Below the pieces are notes generated by a model, which saw nothing but the letters and a program-made list of their open reading frames with translations, made no database searches and was not told the origin of the DNA. This document shows, in pieces, positions 57,939 to 64,000 of a DNA stretch of 64,000 bases. Source of the DNA: Candidatus Nomurabacteria bacterium (GTDB taxonomy: Bacteria; Patescibacteriota; Minisyncoccia; Phycocordibacterales; UBA10002); assembly GCA_943354745.1 (NCBI GenBank), contig CALRDB010000002.1, forward strand, positions 3,679 through 67,678, written 5' to 3'. The position numbers and the translations under genes were made by a program. Every line of letters begins with the position of its first letter. Position 1 is the first letter of the stretch.

Positions 57939-60900
57939 TTAACGGCTTCGTTCTCGTTTGCGCTCGTAAGTGCTCGACCGCTTTGCGGGAATTTCTTCCC
58001 CCGTCTCCCCTTCCTTCTTAAGTTCAACGTCAAGTGCCAATCCGCGAAGTGTGTTAAGCAACACACTAAATGATGCGGGTGCATTCATCTGAGAAATACG
58101 TTCACCCTTCACGATAGCGTCGAAAGCGGCAGAACGACCTAAGATGTCGTCTGATTTAATGGTGAGCATTTCGCGAAGTGTGTACGCGGCACCATGACCG
58201 AGAAGTGCCCAGACCTCCATTTCACCGAAGCGTTGTCCTCCACCTTGTGCCTTTCCTCCGAGCGGCTGCTGCGTGATGAGTGAGTACGGTCCGATCGAAC
58301 GCATGTGAATCTTGTCTTCAACCATGTGATGGAGCTTCATGATATACATGTAGCCCACGGCGATATCCTGACTGAATTTATCACCACTTCGTCCATCAAA
58401 GAGTTTCATCTTTCCGTTTGAGTTGATGCCCGCTTTGACCAGCTCTTCTTTAATTTCTGTGTCGGTAGCTCCGGCGAAAGGTGGAACGATAGCCTGATAC
58501 CCAAGTGTACTGGCGGCAAGTCCGAGGTGAAGCTCCAGAATTTGTCCGAGGTTCATACGAGAAGGAACACCAAGGGGCGTAAGGATCATGTCCACAGGAC
58601 GTCCATCGGCCATATAGGGCATATCTTCCTCGGGAAGAACTTTCGAAACAACACCTTTATTACCGTGTCGTCCGGCAAATTTATCACCCACTGAGGCGGC
58701 ACGAAGTTCTGCCACTTCTATATGGATGCGTTTGATGATGCCCGATTCAAGCTTATCGCCCTTCTCGCGAGAAAATACTTTCACACCAATGATGCGTCCG
58801 CGCTTTCCGTTCTCCATGCGCTTTGAGGTATCTTTCACGTCACGCGCTTTCTCACCGAAAAGTGAACGGAGGAGTCGCTCTTCTGGGGTAAGTTGGGTCT
58901 CTCCTTTCGGGGTAATTTTACCAACAAGGATATCGCCGGGACGCACTTCAGCGCCGATGCGGACCACACCGTCTTCATCGAGATTTTTTAATTTGCTTTC
59001 ACCGACGTTCGGGATGTCATGTGTCGTGATCTCCGGTCCGAGCTTTGTGTCTCGCACATTTACAACGAATTCTTCGATATGAATACTGGTGAACCGGCTA
59101 TCTTTTACGAGACGCTCGGAAATAATGATAGCGTCTTCATAGTTAGAACCAGACCATGACATGAATGCGATGAGGATGTTTTGACCAAGTGCCATCTGAC
59201 CTCGGTCACTTGAGGAGGTATCAGAAAGTACATCACCACGTTTCACTTCCTGTCCGAGTGAGGCCGTTGGTCGTTGATGGAACGAGGTGAAGCCATTGGT
59301 TCGTGAGAAGTTGACGAGTGGATACTCCTTCTCCTTTCCTTTCGTGCTCTTGAGTACGATGCGTCGTGCGTCAATGTGACTAATGACACCGTCTTCTTCC
59401 GCGATAATAAGCCGTCCTGTATCACGAGCCGCGGTCTCTTCGATACCTGTCGCGACAAGAGGAGCTTCAGGAGTAAGACAGGGAGTTGCTTGTTTTTGCA
59501 TATTCGAACCCATGAGCGCTCGGTTTGCGTCGTCATGGTTAAGAAACGGGATCATAGAGGTGGCAACCGAAAACGCTTGGTTGGTGGCGACATCGATATA
59601 GTCGACTTCCTCACGAGCAATGAGTTCAGGCTTACCATTGAGACGCACTTCAACTTCCTCGACAAGAATAGTTCCGTCGGTGTCATATTTCGTCGCAGCG
59701 TGCGCAATCTTGAAATTTTCTTCCTCAAGTGCGTTGAGGTACTGCACTTCTTTGGTGATCTTGCCATTCTTTACTTTCGCATACGGCGTTTCGATCATAC
59801 CGAAGCTGTTGAGCCGTGCGTAGGTGGACAAGCGTAAAATAAGACCGATGTTCGGACCTTCTGGTGTGTGGATAGGACAGAGTCGGCCGTAGTGAGACGG
59901 GTGAACGTCACGCACTTCGAAACCAGCACGTTCACGCGTAAGACCACCCGGACCAAGAGCCGAAAGGGTCCGAAGATGTTCAAGTTCGGAGAGAATGTTC
60001 TCCTGTTGCATGAACTGAGAGAGTTGGTTCGTAGTGAAGAATTCTTTAATACGAGCTTGCAGAGGCTTTGGTGAAATGAAGTTCACAGGAAGTGTGACAT
60101 CCGATTCCACGGTAGACATGCGGTCCTGCACGTTACGCTTGATTTGTGCCATACCGACACGAATCTTTTGCTGGAAGAGCTCACCGACAAAACGAACACG
60201 ACGAGAACCGAGGTGATCGATATCATCTTCTGCTGCGTCTGACGTATTGTTGAGCAAAATAACTTTGGAAACAATCGCCACGAGGTCCTCGAGCGAAATC
60301 GTGCGACGGTCCATCTCTTTTTCATCCATCGCCTTTCCGAAACGCTTGTTGAAACGGAATCGGCCTACCTTTGAAAGGTCATAGCGTTCAGGATCAAAGA
60401 TAGAATTGATGAACTCTTTGGCATTTTCAACACTACCGATCTCCCCGTCTCGAAGACGTTTGTGAATTTCAATGTAGGCCTCATCGGTGGTCTTGGCGTG
60501 GTCTTTGGCGATCGTTGCTTTGATATGAGGTTCAGCTTGGGGAAGCGTGGAAAACAGACTAAGCATATGTTTCTCATCTTTGGCTCCACGAATACGAAGG
60601 AGTGACGTGACCGCAAACTTTCGCTTTCGGTCGATACGCACATACAGAGCGCCGTCAACGTCAGTTTCAATTTCTATCCAGGCGCCTCGAGCTGGGATAA
60701 TCTTTGCTCCAAAATATTTCCTTCCCTTCACTTCTTCAGCAGTGAAGAATACACCGAACGAACGCGCGAGCTGCGGCACGATAACACGCTCAATACCCGA
60801 AATCACAAACGTACCGTGACTGGTCATAAGTGGAAAGTCCGCCATAAAGAGTTCTTGCTCCTTCACGGACCCCACAATTTTGTTTTTGAGTCGGACGGTT

Positions 60901-61187
60901 ACTTTTAGCGGCGCTTCATAGGAGAGCTTATTTTGCTTCGCGTAAAATTCATCAAACTTGGGTTCAGAAAGCTTGAAACCAGTAAAATCAAGTTCGAACT
61001 TTTTGCCAGAGTAGTCCTTAATAGAAGAGAACTCGGAAAAGACCTCTCGGAGCCCGTTTTCGAGCAACCACTTAAACGAATCAACCTGAGGCTCCACGAG
61101 ATTAGGGAGTGTCGTGAGCGGAGTCTTATATGCACCGAAGTACTTTTTCGGCCATGCCTGCAAATTAGACTCTTTCTGTGTGCTCAT
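57939..61187 (-). CDS. rpoB: DNA-directed RNA polymerase subunit beta
   Basis: Full-length conserved beta subunit (1082 aa, lacks lineage insertions). Confidence 0.95.
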   Translation of the reverse strand: MSTQKESNLQAWPKKYFGAYKTPLTTLPNLVEPQVDSFKWLLENGLREVFSEFSSIKDYSGKKFELDFTGFKLSEPKFDEFYAKQNKLSYEAPLKVTVRLKNKIVGSVKEQELFMADFPLMTSHGTFVISGIERVIVPQLARSFGVFFTAEEVKGRKYFGAKIIPARGAWIEIETDVDGALYVRIDRKRKFAVTSLLRIRGAKDEKHMLSLFSTLPQAEPHIKATIAKDHAKTTDEAYIEIHKRLRDGEIGSVENAKEFINSIFDPERYDLSKVGRFRFNKRFGKAMDEKEMDRRTISLEDLVAIVSKVILLNNTSDAAEDDIDHLGSRRVRFVGELFQQKIRVGMAQIKRNVQDRMSTVESDVTLPVNFISPKPLQARIKEFFTTNQLSQFMQQENILSELEHLRTLSALGPGGLTRERAGFEVRDVHPSHYGRLCPIHTPEGPNIGLILRLSTYARLNSFGMIETPYAKVKNGKITKEVQYLNALEEENFKIAHAATKYDTDGTILVEEVEVRLNGKPELIAREEVDYIDVATNQAFSVATSMIPFLNHDDANRALMGSNMQKQATPCLTPEAPLVATGIEETAARDTGRLIIAEEDGVISHIDARRIVLKSTKGKEKEYPLVNFSRTNGFTSFHQRPTASLGQEVKRGDVLSDTSSSDRGQMALGQNILIAFMSWSGSNYEDAIIISERLVKDSRFTSIHIEEFVVNVRDTKLGPEITTHDIPNVGESKLKNLDEDGVVRIGAEVRPGDILVGKITPKGETQLTPEERLLRSLFGEKARDVKDTSKRMENGKRGRIIGVKVFSREKGDKLESGIIKRIHIEVAELRAASVGDKFAGRHGNKGVVSKVLPEEDMPYMADGRPVDMILTPLGVPSRMNLGQILELHLGLAASTLGYQAIVPPFAGATDTEIKEELVKAGINSNGKMKLFDGRSGDKFSQDIAVGYMYIMKLHHMVEDKIHMRSIGPYSLITQQPLGGKAQGGGQRFGEMEVWALLGHGAAYTLREMLTIKSDDILGRSAAFDAIVKGERISQMNAPASFSVLLNTLRGLALDVELKKEGETGEEIPAKRSSTYERKRERSR

Positions 61188-61236
61188 AGTTAGTTAGCGT
61201 ATTAAAAACTAGTAATTCAGACTCCTCTTCACATAT

Positions 61237-61266
61237 GCAAACGAAAAAGGCCCCTTATCTTGTTGG
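61237..61266. terminator. Bidirectional terminator upstream of rpoB
   Basis: aaaaaggccccttatcttgttgggtctttttt. Confidence 0.5.
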
Positions 61267-61648
61267 GTCTTTTTTGGTTGCAAAATAGTATGATTATGTG
61301 GTGCTTAGCAAGATATATAGGACAGGCCTTATATAAAGCTCCCCGCTTTATACAAGATCCTTGGCTCGGAAATGAAAACACAAAGCCATTTTCACTTCTC
61401 TCACCCCACGTCGCTTATAATGCTTGCCCGCAGGGACGGAACTCACTCTTTCCGCAGGTGCCAAGGAGTCTAGCTTAACCCTCCTTTTTTGTCAATAGCT
61501 TCGTTATACACAGGTGGCGGTTTTTGCTTTCGCTCTCACCATACTCGCTGAAATACGCGGAGTACGAACATCCAGACACCTTAAGTGTGCCTCGTGTTAC
61601 AATGTCGTTGTCTTTCATTCTCATATTCGTACTAATTCGTAAGTTCGT

Positions 61649-62821
61649 ATGATAAAAAAACTCTTTGGCGTTGAGAAAAACATTTTCTTCATGGGGTTGG
61701 TCTCCTTCTTCAACGACTTCTCCAATGAAATGATTGTTTCCGTCTTCCCTGCTTTCTTCAGCTCGGTACTAAAATCAGGAGCCGCTAGCCTAGGGCTTAT
61801 CGAGGGTATTGCCGATGGCTTTGCAAACGTTACGAAAATCTTTTCGGGACACCTGGCCGACAAATTACAAAAGAGAAAACTACTTGCTCTCATCGGCTAC
61901 ATGCTCTCAGTAGCGACAAGACCATTCTATTTGGCTTCTTCGGTTGCTGGACATGTCCTTGGCATTAGAGTTGTCGACCGTATCGGAAAAGGTATACGTG
62001 AAGCACCTCGTGATGCCCTACTCTCTCTTTCTACTACGACCGAAACCATGGGGCGTTCGTTTGGTTTCCACCGAGCCATGGATTCTCTCGGTGCCATACT
62101 CGGCCCTTTGGCCGCCTTTTTTATTCTTGAGGCGTTTCCTGGCGCGTTTAATCGAGTCTTTCTCACTGCCTTTTTTGTCGGTCTACTTGCTCTCTTTACA
62201 TTCATCTTCATTCGGGAAATACACGTCATACACAAACACGGAGGAAACGTCCACCTGCGACTCAACGCGCACACGAAAGAGTTTAAGCGTCTTCTTGGAA
62301 TCATCTTTATCCTTTCCCTCGCCAACCTTCCCATCGCTCTGCTCTTACTGAGGACTCAAGACTTAGGACTAAAGCCTAATTTTATTCCCCTCTTCTACCT
62401 CTTCTTTAGTGTTTCTTATACCACCTTTTCGGTTAAAGCCGGACAACTCTCCGATAGAGTTGGTGACAAACCGGTCATTCTCGGTGGATATCTCCTTATC
62501 GCGCTCGGATACGTTTTCATGATTTACGACCACACTCTCGTCGCCCTAGCGGTTGGCTTTATGACCTTTGGAATGGGAAGTGCTTTCACTGACGGTACAC
62601 AGCGATCGTTTGCCGCGAGACTTACGGCCCCTGAAGAACGCGGAAGTGCTTATGGCCTCCTTAACGCCGCAATTGGGCTTGGACTTCTCTGTTCAGGTAT
62701 CGGCGGAGGTCTCCTGTGGGAGATGTTTGGAGCCACCACGGCACTGACGGTTTCGCTTTCTCTCATTCTCGTCTCACTCATTGCGTTTGGCCTCATTGAC
62801 GGCAAACACACCGACCACTAA
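61649..62821 (+). CDS. MFS transporter
   Basis: 12 TM helices; GxxxDRxGxR-like loop DRIGKGIREAPRDAL. Confidence 0.75.
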   Translation: MIKKLFGVEKNIFFMGLVSFFNDFSNEMIVSVFPAFFSSVLKSGAASLGLIEGIADGFANVTKIFSGHLADKLQKRKLLALIGYMLSVATRPFYLASSVAGHVLGIRVVDRIGKGIREAPRDALLSLSTTTETMGRSFGFHRAMDSLGAILGPLAAFFILEAFPGAFNRVFLTAFFVGLLALFTFIFIREIHVIHKHGGNVHLRLNAHTKEFKRLLGIIFILSLANLPIALLLLRTQDLGLKPNFIPLFYLFFSVSYTTFSVKAGQLSDRVGDKPVILGGYLLIALGYVFMIYDHTLVALAVGFMTFGMGSAFTDGTQRSFAARLTAPEERGSAYGLLNAAIGLGLLCSGIGGGLLWEMFGATTALTVSLSLILVSLIAFGLIDGKHTDH

Positions 62822-62826
62822 GACTA

Positions 62827-63510
62827 CTACTTCTGACGTAGTTTCCACTCGTTTATTTTCGCCTGATGGCCGGAGAGAAGAATTTTGGGGACGCGGAGTT
62901 TTTTGCCTTTGTATTCAAAAGTTTCAGGACGGGTGTAGACATCGGGGCTAGCAATACGGCTTTCCTCGAGAGAATTAAAATCTCCGAGCACACCCTTCAC
63001 CTGTCGTGCGATAACGTCAATCATAAGCATCGCTGGGAGTTCCCCACCGGTTAGTACGAACGGACCGACCGATATTTCTTCCACTTTGAATGCTTTCTTC
63101 ACGCGCGCATCTATTCCCTCATACCGCCCGCAAATGATGACGATGTCTTTATGTTTCGCGTACTTCACCCCACTCTCGTTGGTGAACTGTTTCCCGCTCG
63201 GACTGAGCCAGACAAGAGGAACTTTTAGATTAAAACTTTTAGCTTTTAGCTTTTTCGACATTCCAACATTCTTGAGAATGTTGGAATATGCTTTTTCGAT
63301 GGCGCGGATAACGGGTTCGGCTTGAATGACCATGCCAGGGCCACCACCATACGGTGCGCGGTCAATGCGTTTGTGCTTATCCTCGGTGAAATCCCGTGGA
63401 TTATAAAACTTCACCTGTATCTTTTTATCCTCAATGGCACGCTTCAAAATAGACTCCCCGAGGTAGGAGTCGAACGCGTGTGGAAACAGAGTTATGATGT
63501 GAAAAGTCAT
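62827..63510 (-). CDS. trmD: tRNA (guanine37-N1)-methyltransferase
   Basis: MTFHIITLFPHAFDSYL…DRAPYGGGPGMV SPOUT/TrmD motifs; start at MTFHII. Confidence 0.88.
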   Translation of the reverse strand: MTFHIITLFPHAFDSYLGESILKRAIEDKKIQVKFYNPRDFTEDKHKRIDRAPYGGGPGMVIQAEPVIRAIEKAYSNILKNVGMSKKLKAKSFNLKVPLVWLSPSGKQFTNESGVKYAKHKDIVIICGRYEGIDARVKKAFKVEEISVGPFVLTGGELPAMLMIDVIARQVKGVLGDFNSLEESRIASPDVYTRPETFEYKGKKLRVPKILLSGHQAKINEWKLRQK

Positions 63511-63609
63511 TTTAATAGTTAGCAGCAAGTAGATAGTAGTTAGTAGAAAGAAAAAGCGCAAGAAAAAATTTGAGCCACCTGGGAAGATGGCTCACAGCAG
63601 ACAGTGGAG

Positions 63610-63915
63610 TTACTTGAGTTGTTTCTGGTAGCGGTTCCCTTTGACGAGTTTGTACCCTAACCTTTCGTAGAACCCTCTGGCTTCTCGACTACTGTTGAGG
63701 CAAACCTGCGAGTATAGTAACTTGATGGCGAGTGCTTCAACTTCATTCATTAGAGCTCGCCCTATACCCTGTGACTTAAGACAGTCTTTGACGCGGACAA
63801 ACCCGACTTCTCCATTCCATGGCCATGTCGGTTTGATTCCGGGAGAGAGACTGACTGTGCCAATTATGGCGTCGCGTTTATCCCGCGCTACCAACATCCT
63901 TCCTCCACACTTCAC
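63610..63915 (-). CDS. GNAT family acetyltransferase (possibly longer at N-terminus)
   Basis: GNAT motif A QGIGRALMNEV and motif B GFYERLGY. Confidence 0.55.
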   Translation of the reverse strand: MKCGGRMLVARDKRDAIIGTVSLSPGIKPTWPWNGEVGFVRVKDCLKSQGIGRALMNEVEALAIKLLYSQVCLNSSREARGFYERLGYKLVKGNRYQKQLK

Positions 63916-64000
63916 AAAAAGCGGGAATGTTCGGGATTCGAAGCACCCGAACCGCTCCCACCCTTTGAATAACTCTTGGATGCTCGTTTCGTCAGATTTG

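Noticed and set aside
54274-61193. Numerous antisense or out-of-frame ORFs inside rpoB and rpoC
   Set aside because: Embedded in highly conserved essential genes. Low-complexity Ser/Arg-rich translations.

Overview
The window is a 64-kb bacterial chromosomal segment with a compact housekeeping backbone. The short RpoB, the short GAD-less AspRS, the PGPGW protein and leaderless tRNA–gene junctions suggest a reduced-genome lineage, possibly Patescibacteria/CPR-like, but that is inference. Recognisable genes include rplI, rpmA, gltX, murG–ftsW–mraY, a D-Ala-D-Ala carboxypeptidase, scpA/scpB, aspS, trpS, speH, dnaJ, metK, tsaC, truB, an ECF sigma factor with anti-sigma factor, hisS, a UvrD/AddA-like helicase-nuclease, rpoD, dnaG, rpoC, rpoB, trmD, and tRNA-Val, tRNA-Pro and tRNA-Arg. 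I infer two cis-regulatory RNAs from sequence: a T-box leader with a textbook antiterminator/terminator platform upstream of aspS, and a SAM-I (S-box) riboswitch upstream of metK. The most unusual feature is an ~8.8-kb interval separating dnaG from rpoD, which are normally adjacent. It contains about 5.2 kb of strongly CA-skewed (+ strand) DNA packed with dozens of unique short hairpins. This DNA is partitioned by minus-strand terminator-plus-conserved-20-nt-motif modules into apparent noncoding transcription units. A DinG/XPD-like Fe-S helicase and two orphan ORFs are embedded in it. Other notable signals are a dispersed family of six covarying hairpins with conserved CTGTCATTCC…GGAATCCAG flanks, recurrent TACGAA/TTCGTA arrays (often palindromic) in many upstream regions, a 56-bp tandem triplication of the 3' end of the carboxypeptidase gene, a tRNA-Arg with an adjacent partial 5' duplicate plus hairpin, and a Xer-type recombinase followed by a second integrase C-terminal fragment. 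Coordinates of RNA features are hand-counted and may be off by 1–2 nt.
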